From Eledone cirrhosa (Eukaryota): a DNA stretch of 64,000 nucleotides. Both the position numbers and the translations under genes were made by a program. Below, one piece after another: positions 27,396 to 40,870 of the stretch. Where the stretch lies: positions 272,552,001-272,616,000 of the forward strand of contig OZ024742.1 in the NCBI GenBank assembly GCA_964016885.1, given 5' to 3'. The notes beneath the pieces were generated by a model, which ran no database searches, was not told the DNA's origin, and saw nothing but the letters and a program-made list of their open reading frames with translations. Numbering within the stretch: position 1 is the stretch's first letter; each line of letters begins with the position of its first letter.

Positions 27396-27528
27396 TTAAT
27401 GATTGTGAGAACCCATCAAGTCTAAGCTATCACTTTCGACTTTCTTCCCATCGCTTCTATGGCCCCAACACACTTCTAGCCACTAATTTCTATCCTTTGA
27501 GGTTAATTTTACTGGATATATATTTTAC

Positions 27529-27578
<50 letters not shown>

Positions 27579-27660
27579 TATAAATTAACGGAGGCATAGG
27601 CCCTCGCTATTCCCTGTAAATAATGTACTCAAAGGAGAAGAAATCGTGATCTCTTTAAAA

Positions 27661-28155
<495 letters not shown>

Positions 28156-28319
28156 ACTTACCTGTTGTTTATACACGGAGCAAAATCAGAAGCGGTACTT
28201 AAGATTGCAGTGCCATATATTTATCAGATTTTAAGATGGAATAATCTTGGAACCTAGTCTACACGTAGATGGGGAGAGAAAGGCTTCTTCGTTAACATGA
28301 TTTGGTTATCATTTTAAAT

Positions 28320-28700
28320 CTCTCTAGCTATGGTTGCATGGTTTAAACAGGTCTTTAGCAGTAAAATGTCTCACAATTTATTGCGGTCATTTCACGTACT
28401 TACTGGGAGAGTAACCCTTCTTTAATCGGATTTCACCATATCTTCATATATACTACTCGATATTCTCTTCCATATGTTCCTTCTACTTGGACTGCTATAT
28501 ATTTACCTACCGCGCTATCATTCTCCATACACATCATATGCCCAAACATGCATAGCCGTTTCTCTTGTACATTACATAAGATTTGGCTTACTCCCAGGTT
28601 TTCTCTCAGTTTATTTGCGTTTCATAATTCATGTATACTTCCATTTCTAGTGGCGTGGAACATTCTTACCTCTTACGTTTTCATTCACCATATCCAATGC
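28320..28700 (-). mobile_element. Decayed RTE-type LINE 3' fragment
   Basis: Minus strand LGVSQILCNVQEKRLCMFGHMMCMENDS..VEGT. Confidence 0.6.
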
Positions 28701-30724
28701 TTATTTTTATTTCTATCGTGCTGCCTCGCACAAGGTACACATCATGCTACCTGCCCTCCAATTGCATATGATTTATTATCTGCCTGAATGTTTTTCAACA
28801 CCTCCCTGCTCTTGTTACTCTTCTTTCTTAAGATCCTCTACCACCGCTCATTAGATTATTGTCTGAAAACAATGTCTCACTGTGTAATTATCGTAGTAGA
28901 TTACAGTTGACCATATATTATAAGTTATATATATTTTCAAGATATCAAATAATTGTCACTCACACATTCAACCATATATAGACATCACAACCAAGTTGAT
29001 TACAATATTTTTGGAACAAATGCATTCTATGTTTGTCGTATATAGTATAGAGAAACATGTAGATAGGAGAGAAGTCATATTTATGAGCTTGTAGATTTGT
29101 TTTAGTTTTCTTAAGATGCTTTTCGGACACTTGGATTACTTGCATGTGTAATGTTTTGAATAGGAATAGATTCAAAGACTGGGGACACATACTATAGATG
29201 TATATATTCATTCCTTTGTTTTGTTTTTAGGTACTTGAATATTCATTGATTGAGGAGATATAGGAAAATGTTAATTCAGCGTTTTTTTTTTGTTTGTTTG
29301 TTTATTTGCATAACTGTGATTAAATTATCCAATAAAGTTAGTTATCGAAAAGGGAGCTTGCGATATAAAATAGTATCGACCTCTGTTTTAAACCGTTCTA
29401 GAAACTTTTCAGATCATACTTCTACGTAAATGCAAAACATTCTTATTAGCAAGGTGTTGCAAAATTGCTTGGGTGGAAGACAAATTTCTTTGCGGACTTT
29501 TTTTTTTAGCAATTTAGTCTTCAAATCAAACTAGGGTACCCTTCACCTTCTAAACACCCAGGACCTATAATATAATTGGCAACCTTTTACTGATAATTGA
29601 GCCAACCAAGTTTAAAATCATTTTCCGACATTGTCTCCCAAATTAGGAAATATTGCCGAATTATGTATTAATTCTTTAGCCGATATTATACATTTTTGTG
29701 TTTTCAGCCGATATTATACATTGTTGTGTTTTTAGCCAATAATATACTTTGCGCGCGATTTTTTGTTGTATTATTATCCCTCCAATTCCTATTTGTAGCA
29801 GTTAAACATTATGTTCGATACAATCAACTGTTTTTCGCTTCTATTAATTTTAGAAAATCTAAATATTAATCTAGTTAAGCTGTGCTCAAATGTCGCTGCA
29901 GTGGACTTTGCCTTTCAATCTAACGATTTTCGCGCAAGCAATTATCAAAAGAGTAGTGGAGTCCATTTAATCGTCATCTGTATATCTTTCAACATGCTTT
30001 GGATCTGACGGCACGCAAAGTCTATTTCATTTTGCATAGTTGGGTGGTTTAAAGGCTAGTTTATCACTTAGTTGATATCGGATTTGGTAGCATTAACTGG
30101 TTTCTAGAATACCTTCGACGGAGCTAAAACGAATAAAAAATTGGGTGAAACTCTGATAGCGAGACCGTTCCTATTTTTGGTAAAATTAATTAATGCCTTG
30201 CCTAGTTTCACAAGACGGATTATTATCGGTGACATTATAGGAAATCATCTTATTTCCTGGATTGGCCACCCATCCCGAGTTTAAAAAGAAGCGATATGAA
30301 AGCACCCATTCTCTTAAATCTCGGAAACAGAATATAAATACGCACGAAATAATTTCTTTTAACCACTTGAAAAAGAGTAACGAGAAGCAAATGTTTAATG
30401 GTTGCTTTCGTGCCTCCTAAGTAGGCATCGTTGCACAGACCGTTGCTAAATTATTAATTGTTTTTTTCTTCTTTTCTATCTTTTAAAATACGTACGACTA
30501 GAAAATGAATGGAGCAGAAGAAATGTGGCGTTTATATTGACATAGACTTTTCTAGTTTTTATTTCGGTGGTTTCATGTTGACTTGCTTTCAATACGTACG
30601 TTTCTAATCAGAAGTTGAAGAAACGCTTTCTGTAATAATTCAAATAGACACCAACTCCACACTCTCATCTGAGTGCTTCGAAACACCCTACATATATTTA
30701 ATACATTTCAAAATATCATATAAA

Positions 30725-30910
30725 AATAATTGTTTCTACTTTAGGCACAAGGCCAGCAATTACCCAGTGCATTACTGGTACTTTATTTTATCGACCCCGT
30801 AAGGATGAAAGGCAAAGTCAACCTCGGCGGGATTTGAACTCAGATCGTAAAGGGACGTAACTATGCTGGAAAGCATGGCGTCCGACCCTCTACCGATACT
30901 GCCAATCCAC
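30725..30910 (-). mobile_element. tRNA-derived SINE
   Basis: Same family; A and B boxes intact. Confidence 0.92.
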
Positions 30911-31943
30911 ATAATGAGGTGCATATTGTATGTTGTGTTCTTTAAATAAATATAATGTCTCGGAGTGGGTTATACAGCCAAAATAACAGAAACTCTAACG
31001 CTTCACCCGCTTCAACATCACCACACTACATGAACATGAAAATCAAGACCAACAACATAATGACATTGCTGGCAAAAAGACCATCGGCATTTATAGACAA
31101 GGTGCATTGACACCCACATATAAATATGAAATATACTGTTATAAGGTATACAATTTTGCGTGTACATACAAGACCACGGTCATATAATGAAGTAATCTAT
31201 TTGCTTGTATAAAATAATATTTGTGATGACTTTATACTGAATAAGAAACAAACCAAACATAAAAGTATTTCAGTAGCACGTTTTCAAAACAGTTTATAAT
31301 TTGAGCATTGCAGTGAAATATAGGATGATATTACATATTCATCCTTATAGAATTTACTGTTTAATGCAATAGGAGTGTTCACAATACTTTGATTCATCAA
31401 ACAAAATTCGTTTCAATGCGTCTACTTTGTAATTTCCCATACTGCCAACTTAATTAATAGGTTCTAAGATTTCTTAAAAGCCTAATTTTTTTCTAGTTTC
31501 CAAAATAATAAATTGCAGCTGCTGCTTCTCTCCGCCTACTAATTATTCACTCTGACCCTCTCTCTCTCTTGTTTTAAATAATTTGTTTTTCCAGTATTGA
31601 TAACCGTGCTAATATTTTTATTAATGGCATTAGTAATTAAGAGAATGATGCTTATTTTACTTATTGATTGAATTTCACAAGACCAGCAAATTAAATAAGA
31701 TATTTAAATCATATCTTTTGAAAAACATCAAAACCACATTTGCCCTTCAACAAAAACATGTTAGTTGTTATTTAGCTTCCACCTTATAGAAAATATAACC
31801 AGATGTTTATTTATATACTAACTCATATTTTTGTAAAATCTGTAGTGTAAAATATAAATACAATTAATATAGCCTTCACACGGACCTCTCAAAATCATGA
31901 AGTGCATTTGTCTAATGGAGGTTAAAATGTATCTAATAAACAA

Positions 31944-32130
31944 GTGGTGAATTGGCAGTAACGGAAGAGGGTTGGATTATGCTTTCCACCATAGTTACGT
32001 CCCTTTATGATCTGAGTTCAATTCCCGGCGAGATTAACTTTGCCTTTCATCCTTACGGGGTCGATAAAATAAAGTACCAGTAATGTACTGGGATAATTGC
32101 TGGCCTTGTGCCAAAAAGTCGAAACAGTTA
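31944..32130 (+). mobile_element. tRNA-derived SINE
   Basis: Same family, more diverged. Confidence 0.9.
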
Positions 32131-32780
32131 TTTTAAAGGATGGTCATTTGGGCGGAAAGCCCTGGTGTGGGAAATGTAATATTCCCTTGTTGTCACTTTA
32201 TTCGATCATATTGCAAACAAATCATTCAGGATGCTATCAAACTTTACAACGTTCTATTTGTGATGTGTTCATCACATATGTTTCCCTGCTGTATATATAT
32301 AAAGGAAAATGTCCAAGACCCCGACAGCAGAGCTCAAGCAGTTTCGACGGCTATTTCAGCCAAGAAAGAATTTCATAATTTTATTTCCCTCTTGCAGCTC
32401 ACTTTACCTAAAGCTATCTTTAACTTCACTACTTCTTTTCACCGCATCCCCTATCTATGACATTTAATACCTAGGATTAGTAAATATAATTAATATCTTT
32501 AATATTATTGATGTTTAGATAGCTACACTACTTTTTATAAACGTTTATCTATTTCAGTCTTTCTATATTTATTTATTTAATTATTTTTTATTTGTTTACT
32601 TCTTTATTTATCATTTTAATAATAATTAATATAATTTTAACTCTGTAAGTATACCTATCAATTAATTTAATTTCCTTTTATGTATCTAGGTTCCGTGAAA
32701 TTTAAACAGGAGTAGTATTTCTCACTAACACATCTCATCCCACAAAACATTATTTTCCCTTCGCTTTTAACAACATTCTT

Positions 32781-32965
32781 TAATAACTGTTTCTACTTTA
32801 GGCACAAGGCCTGCAATTACCCAGTGCATTAATGGTACTTTATTTTATCCACCCCGTAAGGATGAAAGGCAAAGTCAACCTCGGTGGGATTTGAACTCAG
32901 ATCGTAAAGGGACGTAACTATGCTGGAAAGCATGGCGTCCGACCCTCTACCGATACTGCCAATCA
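32781..32965 (-). mobile_element. tRNA-derived SINE with TSD
   Basis: Flanking direct repeat acattctttaataac (32773-32787 and 32966-32980). Confidence 0.93.
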
Positions 32966-33322
32966 CATTCTTTAATAACATCAATTTTTTGGAGGGAGGG
33001 GAATCCTTCACTATCTCATTGACTTGACCTCATTCTAACCCCTACCTTTCTCTTCCCCATTGTATTCTTTTCATTCAAAGCATAAATTTATATTCCTCCA
33101 CTCCTAGCATAAAGTGTCTACTACTGTTATTATATCAACTCTTGTCTATTGGTCAACTAACTCTTTTCTATTGGTCAATTAAAAATCTGTTCCCAAACAT
33201 ACTTTTTGTATTAATACTTTGTTTCTTTCAATAAACATACTTCATCGTTTCTGAAGATGGCATATATAAGTGAAGGCATATATATCTCCTCTGATAATTT
33301 GTAATATGTTTTTGCATAGATC

Positions 33323-33819
33323 TGTAGCGACGTGGTTAGTCAGTCTAGTCACTACTTCTGATCAGATCCGAGAATAGCCCTTAGAAGGACTCTTATCGCA
33401 TACGGTCTGATCAGATATGAAGATAGCGCTTAAAAGGACTGTTGTCGCATATAGCCCTTAAAAGAACTGTTGAGGATGGACAGACGAAAGCACAAGTTGA
33501 AAGGACGAAGCAAGGCGAGATGTAAATTCGATCAGCTATTTATTTTCACATGGAGCGACGATACGAGGTACAAGGCGTGTGAGTGACAAAGCGTGGCAGA
33601 GGCGAGGAACAACGATGCGCTAGCTGATTCTGCCAAAAGTCGACTAGCGAAGTGTTGGGAACCACTCTATTTATACAGAAACAATCGTTTGATGTTTAGC
33701 CGATGTGTAGGCGTTTATTCTGGTAGGTTTTAAGGGTTCTTTTGTTTCACGTTGAAGTAGCTAGCTAACAGGTAGATGGCGCTGTATATTTCACAGTTGT
33801 AATTTCCGGTGGCTGTACA
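33323..33819 (-). repeat. 3' LTR (497 bp)
   Basis: About 18 mismatches to 38766-39262 by eye. Minus-strand TATAAA at ~33670 and AATAAA at ~33540. Confidence 0.96.
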
Positions 33820-34737
33820 TTAGCACCCTGCTAGTTCTTTTGTACAACAAAAGAGCGAAATATCGTATAGTAATGGGCCAGTGGTGCATTTGTCATGACA
33901 ATAGCCGCAGGAGTGTCCAGCACGTTGTGAAATGTTGTGATCATCGAGTACAGGATAGAGTCGATGTAGAGATGATATGGCAAGATGTGTGTGTCAGGAA
34001 GAGAAAAAAGAAATAAACTATAAAATGACTTTGACCAGATTTATGCAGGCGTGATGAATGAGCCTGTTGTAATTTGGGTTGAGCTGCCTGTGAATTGCGT
34101 GACAAAAAGTCTAACTGGGCAGTGAAGATAACCGTAATGTGTGAACTTAAAGGCCGTAAGCATGCTGCCTAAAAGTAACAGTTTGCTCCACCACATATGA
34201 CTTGAGCGAATGCATGTGGTAAAAAAAAATAGCGAGGCATTCTCGAGCTATTGAGTGAATGTGCACGTGAAAAAAGAAGGCCAGTGTTTTGAGGCTGCGA
34301 TTTGTGAAATGCGTGATCAAAGAGAAAACATTTTGTAGTGTAAGTGTTAGAGGGACACAAATATCTATTGCTCAGTGTATGAACCAAAATTTGAAACAAA
34401 CGTGGTTTTGTAGTGTGCATGAAAAACAGAATATGTAGACGCCTTGTATGTATATACAAATTATGGCAATTACACAATGTTACAGAACAAGAAAAATACA
34501 AATTTTGCAAAACAAGAGAGAGAAGAAAAAAAAATGTTATACACAATGTTTGTTCTTAAATAGAGTTTGTAATAAATAATGTTCATTATAAATAATGTTC
34601 TTCGTGACATGAGCACATGGTCACTAAAAATTGCAATTGTTCAAGCAGAAAGTTCATTGTATTTGAAACTGGAAATATTAAACACAAGAAAAGTGGAAAT
34701 GTTTTGCATGAAGACTGATTAAGAAACTCACTTGAGC

Positions 34738-37700
34738 TTAATGGTAATTCACATATTGTGCCAACTTGGCGGGCCAATGGACGCGTCGTCCGCTTCTCGT
34801 GACTGGAGATGAAACGGGTGGCTCGCTGGGACAGCAATCTGTTGGAGTTTCTGGTGTAGAGACTGTAACAGTATCCATGATGGCTTTTTTTAATCTGTCC
34901 ACGCTGACATAATTCTGTTTACCATCTAGATCGAGAATAAAATATTTCGGATATTTTTTTAGAACACGATAAGGGCCAGAATATGGAGGTCGAAGATGAG
35001 CTGAGATGGTGTCGTTTCGAACGAAAAAGTGTGTCCAATATTTAATATCTGAAGGTACGTGTGTGGCCGTGTTCTGTTGACGGGTGCTTGCAGGAGCAAG
35101 GTGAGACATATATTGTCGAAGACGGTGTACGTATGATCCTGGGTCTGGAACATCCTGAGGAGAGATGGGCTCAACCATCTGACCAGGTAGAACCAGGGTG
35201 GTGCCGTACACTAATTCTGCAGGTGTGTGTCTGAATTCCTCCTTAACGGTGGATCGAATGCCCAGAAGGATGAGTGGTAGGTATTCAAACCAGTGGGTCT
35301 TGTCTGGATATGCTTTTATTGCAGCATTCAATTGACGAGGAATCTTTCCACGAGACCATTAGCTTGCGGGTGATAAGCTGTCGTGCGGGTGTGTTTACAT
35401 CCTAACAGGCGAGTCATTTCCCTGAAGAGGTGGGAGTCAAATTGGCGTCCTCTGTCTGTTGTTATCTTCGCTGGGGCGCCATAACGTGATACCCTGTGTA
35501 AAACCAAAGTTTTAGCGACTGTTTCCGCTGAGGTATCATTTATGGCAAAAGCCTCAGACCAACGAGAAAATCGATCTATGCAGCTGAGCAATTATGTGTA
35601 GTTCTATGATGGTGGTAGCGGTCCGAGGATGTCGATATGCACATGATGAAAACGTGAATCAGGTTGCGGGAATGTGCCGAGTGTAGTTTTGATGTGTCTG
35701 TGGACTTTGGCTTTCTGGCAGGCTATGCAGCTCCTGGACCAGTCGCGCACGACCTTGTTAATGTTAGTCCACACAAAACGAGCAGAGATGAGTTTCTGTG
35801 TAGCCCGGATTCGCGGGTGAGACAAGCAGTGTAAAGCAGAAAAAACTTGTCGACGATGCATCTGTGGTACGTACGGTCGTTCATGACCGGTAGAAAGGTC
35901 GCACCGAATTTGTCCCGGAGAAGAGGGAATGGGAACTTTCTGAAACTTGAGGAATGGCGAATCTCGGAGCTTGATAAACTCTTCGTCAGACTCTTGGTCA
36001 GCTGCGATCTGTTGACAGTCGATGCCTGAATGCACATGTATTGCGTTCAGCTGGATTCGGGACAGGGCGTCGGCTGCTACGTTGTCTGATCCCTTGATAT
36101 GCCGAATATCAGTTGAATATTGGGAGACAAAATCCAGGTGTCGGAGTTCTCTCGGTGAATGTCGATCAGGTTTGGTACGGAACGCATAAACTAATGGTTT
36201 ATGGTCCGTGTAGATCACGAAATCTGATCCTTCGAGCATGTGCCGAAAATGCTTAACCGAAAGATAGGTTGTCAAGAGTTCGCGGTCAAAGGTACTGTAT
36301 TTCGTTTCTGCCGGTTGCAACCGCTTAGAAAAGAAGGATAAGGGTTGCCACACGGCGTCGACATGTTGTTGTAAAACGCCTCCAACCCCCGTGTCTGATG
36401 CGTCCACTAGCAGCGAAAGAGGAGCGCCAGACCTGGGGAAACGAGCATGGAAGCGTTTGCCAACATTTCCTTCAGGCGGTTAAAAGATGTTAATTCTTCC
36501 TCATTCAGAGTGATCTCTTCGTTTTTGCGAATCCGGTTAAGAAGAAGGTCCGTGAGGAGTCTGGCTGCGTCGGAACAATGAGGGATGAACCGCCTATAAA
36601 AATTCACCAGACCGAAGAATTCACGCAGTTCCGAAGTGATGTAGGTGAGGGAAAGTTGCGGATAGCTTCTACTTTCTCGGGAAGTGGACGAATGCCGTCT
36701 TTATCGATGATGTGGCCGAGAAAGGTCAGTGAAGGGACGCCGAGAAGGCACTTGCTGGGGTTGATGATGATACCGTACTCTGCTAAACGTTGGAAAAGGA
36801 GATCTAAGAGCTTCTCGTGTTCCTGCTCGGAAGTACTTGCTACCAGCACGTCGTCAATATACGCATATACGAAGGGTAGATCGCGTATCACGGTGTCAAT
36901 AAACCGCTGAAAAGTGTGTGCAAAGTTGCGCAAACCGAACGGCATTCGCAGGAATTCGAATAAACCGAACGGTGTTGTGATTGCCGTCTGCGGAATGTCT
37001 GCAGGCTCCATAGGTATCTGGTTATATGCACGCAGCAAATCTACCTTGGAAAAGATACGTGCGCCTTGCAGAGAGGCAGAAAAATCGTGCAGCTGAGGTA
37101 CAGGGTAATTATCGGGCACTATAGAATTGTTAAGTGCAGGATAACCCCACATGGTCGCCAATCATTCTCGTTTTTTTTGGAACAAGGTGTAGGGGTGCAG
37201 ACCAGTTGCTTGAGGAAGGGCGAATGATTCCGAGGTCTAGCATGTGTTGGAACTCCTGCTTGGCGATTTTCAATCGGTCTGGAGGCAGTCTCCTTGGCCG
37301 GGAAGCTGTGGGTAGTCCCTTTATCTCGATGTGGTGCGTGACACTATGCTTAATAGGTCCATCCTTAAATACCGGGCGAGTGATATCTGGATATTTCTGG
37401 AGAATGCCGTTGTACCGCGATGGCACTGACTGGCAAATTACAGGGCTCACTGTGGATTGCGTGGTAAATATACGTCCCACAGTGAGGTTTGTGGTGGTGT
37501 CAATAAGCATCCGGTTCTTCATATCCACCAAAAGGTTGAAGTGGTGGAGAAAATCGGCTTCTAGGATCGGGGTCGGCAGGTCTGCCACGACGAACACACA
37601 TTGAAAACGCCAACTCAGGCCTAAATTGAGGGTCAGAGACTTCTCCCCGAAAGTCGGAAATGACGATTGTTTCACTGCCTGCAGAAAGCACGGGATTGGG

Positions 37701-37897
37701 TGTCTTTTGCCCAAGATTAGTGAAACAAAAATAACACTAACCTGGGCTCCTGTATCCACGAGGTAACGGATTCCTGTCGCCTGGTCGTTAATAAAAAATA
37801 GACTTTTCTTTTCAGTACCAGGGGGGGACGTCGTCGCTAGGCCCTGGTCTGCCCGTTTCCCTGGGTGGTATTCTGGAAAGAGCACGGGGCCCAACAC
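34738..37897 (-). pseudogene. pol: Gypsy pol in several frames
   Basis: Protease LVDTGAQVS; [17 protein letters not shown] and YIDD; RNase H DASDTGVGGVL, RELL, YTDHKPL; integrase HHCC, TTDRGRQF, YHPQANGLVER, GPY. Confidence 0.95.
37817..37861 (-). promoter_or_regulatory. -1 ribosomal frameshift signal (gag-pol)
   Basis: G GGA AAC in gag phase, 6-nt spacer, stem ACCAGGG/CCCTGGT; pol lies in the -1 frame. Confidence 0.75.
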
Positions 37898-38706
37898 TTA
37901 GATGCCCGAGCACCGAATTCCTCGTGATACCAGCAGAGGTTGCCAGACACACGATTTTGACTGGGACTTTTCGATCTTTGACGGTGAAAGTGTATGGACC
38001 GACTGTTGCTGCGCCGCCGGTGTGTTTGCAAGGTCAGGCTTTCTAATTGGTTTGAGAGGGCTTTGATTTGACCAGCCTGCTCTCTGATCATAGCCCGCAG
38101 CTCTGAAATCTCGGAGGTGGATTCCGAGGACGCTACGTAAGGGTTCGTCCGACGATCGACCTGTGCTACTGAGGCAAAAGAGTTTGATACCTCAGCGATC
38201 TTATCTGCGACACTCGCCAGTTCCTCCGGAGTTGCTGACTCGTTAGTCGACGCCAGAATGCCCTGCATCGATAAGGGCAAGCGCTGTGTGAACAACCATT
38301 TCAGCAGATCTTCTGAAAGCGGCTGGTCCTCCATCAGCTGTCTCATCTTTCGCAATAGTTGGGACGGCTTTCTGTCCCCCAATTCTTCTGCAGACACGAG
38401 TTGGTCGAGTCGTCTCTGCTGTGACGCAGTCGTCCGCTTGACCAATTCCTTGCGGAATGATTCATATGACACCGTGCCTGGCGGTGCCATGAGGAGGTCC
38501 CTTACCTCAGCCAACACTTCTGGCGGGACAGATCCAATGATGTAGGTGAGCTTTAAGGAATCGCTCTTAATTCCGTTCGCGGTGAATTGCGCTTCTATGT
38601 GAGCGAACCACAGAGTCGGATCGTTAGACCAAAATACGGGGACTTTCAATGTTAACGCCGCTTGTGTGGTTGGTATCTCGGCTTCTGTCGTTTGTGACAT
38701 GTCCAT
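37837..38706 (-). CDS. gag: Gypsy Gag, intact 289-aa ORF
   Basis: LKVPVFWSNDPTLWFAHIEAQF, ELGDRKPSQLLR, CWYHEEFGARASKCWAPC. Confidence 0.9.
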   Translation of the reverse strand: MDMSQTTEAEIPTTQAALTLKVPVFWSNDPTLWFAHIEAQFTANGIKSDSLKLTYIIGSVPPEVLAEVRDLLMAPPGTVSYESFRKELVKRTTASQQRRLDQLVSAEELGDRKPSQLLRKMRQLMEDQPLSEDLLKWLFTQRLPLSMQGILASTNESATPEELASVADKIAEVSNSFASVAQVDRRTNPYVASSESTSEISELRAMIREQAGQIKALSNQLESLTLQTHRRRSNSRSIHFHRQRSKSPSQNRVSGNLCWYHEEFGARASKCWAPCSFQNTTQGNGQTRA

Positions 38707-38731
38707 GTTGATATTTTCTTAGGTGCTGTCT

Positions 38732-38763
38732 GGTTGCGGGTTCGACTCACGTTCGGGTCACCA
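38732..38763 (-). promoter_or_regulatory. tRNA-Trp primer binding site (extended)
   Basis: TGGTGACCCGAACGTGAG begins 2 nt inside the 5' LTR boundary and resembles the tRNA-Trp PBS TGGTGACCCCGACGTGAT. Confidence 0.85.
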
Positions 38764-38765
38764 AT

Positions 38766-39262
38766 TGTGGCAACGTGGTTAGTCAGTCTAGTCACTACTT
38801 CTGATCAGATCCGAGACTATCCCTTAGAAGGACTCTTATCGCATACGGTCTGATCAGATCTGAAGATAGCCCTTAAAAGGAATGTTGTCGCATATAGCCC
38901 TTAAAAGAACTGTTGAGGATGGACAGACGAAAGCACAAGTTGAAAGGACGAAGCAAGGCGAGATGTAAATTCGATCAGCTATTTATTTTCACATGGAGCG
39001 ACGATACGATTTACAAGGCGTGTAAGTGACAAAGCGTGGTAGAGGCGAAGAACAACGATGCGCTAGCTGACTCTGCCAAAAGTCGACTAGCGAAGTGTTG
39101 GGAACCACTCTATTTATACAGAAACAATCGTTTGATGTTTAGCCGATGTGTAGGCGTTTATTCTGGTAGGTTTTAAGGGTTCTTTTGTTTCACGTTGAAT
39201 TAGCTAGCTAAGAGGTAGATGGCGCTGTATATTTCACAGATGTTATTTCCGATGGCTGTACA
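38766..39262 (-). repeat. 5' LTR (497 bp)
   Basis: Direct repeat of 33323-33819. Confidence 0.96.
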
Positions 39263-39555
39263 GATCTTTAATGTGATATATATATCAACACACACATATA
39301 TATCCCAGAAACGATAGTAAAATGATGATTTTTTTCAATATAAGTAACCTGTTCTTTGTTTTTATTTCATTGTTTTTATTAATTTATATTGACTCTGTTC
39401 CTCTATGATTTTTATCGTTACATTTTGAATGCATTTTCTCTTTTCATAATATCTTCTATATTTGGATTACAATGAGTTCTTCATACGGATTGAACACTAT
39501 ATATATCAAATATATAAGAACCGCAGAGCAAAAATTTATTAAAATAACAGATTAA

Positions 39556-39606
39556 AGTTTAAGCAAAGAATCGCTGCTTTCACCCTTAACGGGTTCTTCT
39601 GAAACT
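39556..39606 (-). ncRNA. HHR-like motif, core CAGAAGA
   Basis: AGTTT-CAGAAGA-ACCC gttaa GGGT-GAAA-GCA..TGC-TT-AAACT. Confidence 0.65.
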
Positions 39607-40870
39607 AACAAAGTCAATCTGTAAACGCAAAAGTGCATATTTCAGAAAACGTTGCAACCAGAGGAAGAAGGAAGACGATACTTTGGTTCGGGGAAATGTT
39701 CCCTGGCAAAGAACGGGAAAAAACGAATATAATACGTCATTAATATGATCGGTGAAAAACAATTACACGCAAAGACAGAACCACGTTTATGGTATAAAAG
39801 AAGTCGTAGACTAATGTTCTCTTAGGTTGTTCATAGAGACGTTCTCTGGCAATGAACGAAAAAAAACGAAGACAATACGTCATATGTGAACCGTTGAGAA
39901 CAATTGCACGCAAAGACAAAACCACGTAAATGGTATAGCTGCAGTCGTAGACTAAAATTCTAACTAGGAAACCGAATGATTCTCCGCTTCAGAGTTAAGA
40001 ATAAAGTAAATGAAATACAATACAGATGTAATTAAAATTAAATAAATACATACAAAAGCATCCGCCAAAACATTCGCCATAAGTATACAAAACCACACAC
40101 ATATACATATGTGTGTGTGTGCGTGTATACAAATAAATAAGTAATTAAATAAATATATAAATAAATAAATACGTATATAACAAGCGCACACACATACCTA
40201 CATGTAAATACACAAATTTTCGGAGACCCACGTCAACCAAAACATGAAGTACACATATACACACACCCAACATACGTACGAACCTGCATACTCACACAGA
40301 CGCAAAACTCCCGTATACACAACCAAAATGTACCAGCATATATAAAAATATACGCCATAACATATACAATCAAATATACGTACGAGAAAGTATACTACCT
40401 TCACAAGATATACAGGTAATATATACTTACCTATGCAAATAAGTAATGGTATAAACATAACATATACTTAGCTACCACATCAAGACGTAAAATATCCACG
40501 TATAGATCATACTATCCGTTAGGGTATAATGAGGGGCTGTAATACAGGAAAGTTTTGTGCAATGCGTGCAATTGTTCCCCAGGCTCCACATATGACGTAT
40601 TATCTTCGTTTTTTTCCAGTTCATTGTCAGAGAACGTCTCTATGAACCACCTAAGAGAAAATTAGTCTACGACTTGTTTTATACCATAAACGTGGTTCTG
40701 TCTTTGCGTGTAATTGTTTTTCACAGCTCCTATTAATAATGTATTATATTCGTTTTTTCCTCTTCTTTGCCAGGGAACGTTTCCACTAACCAAAGTATCG
40801 TCTTCCTGTCTTCCTCCGGCTGCAACGTTTTTTTAAATATCCACTTCTGTGTTTACAGATTGACTTTGTT

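Larger units (their letters stand above)
26722..27510. repeat. ~90-bp inverted repeats enclosing an HHR and a family C tail
   Basis: 26722-26810 is the reverse complement of ~27421-27510. Confidence 0.8.
33323..39262 (-). mobile_element. Full-length Gypsy/Ty3 LTR retrotransposon, pol frameshifted
   Basis: TG..CA LTRs, 4-bp TSD GATC (33319-33322 and 39263-39266), domain order gag-PR-RT-RH-IN. Confidence 0.97.

Noticed and set aside
29000-31900. Repeat-poor stretch as a possible promoter or gene
   Set aside because: No supportable ORF, splice pattern or motif.
38732-38763. tRNA gene
   Set aside because: Only the 3' 32 nt with encoded CCA next to the LTR; it is a PBS.
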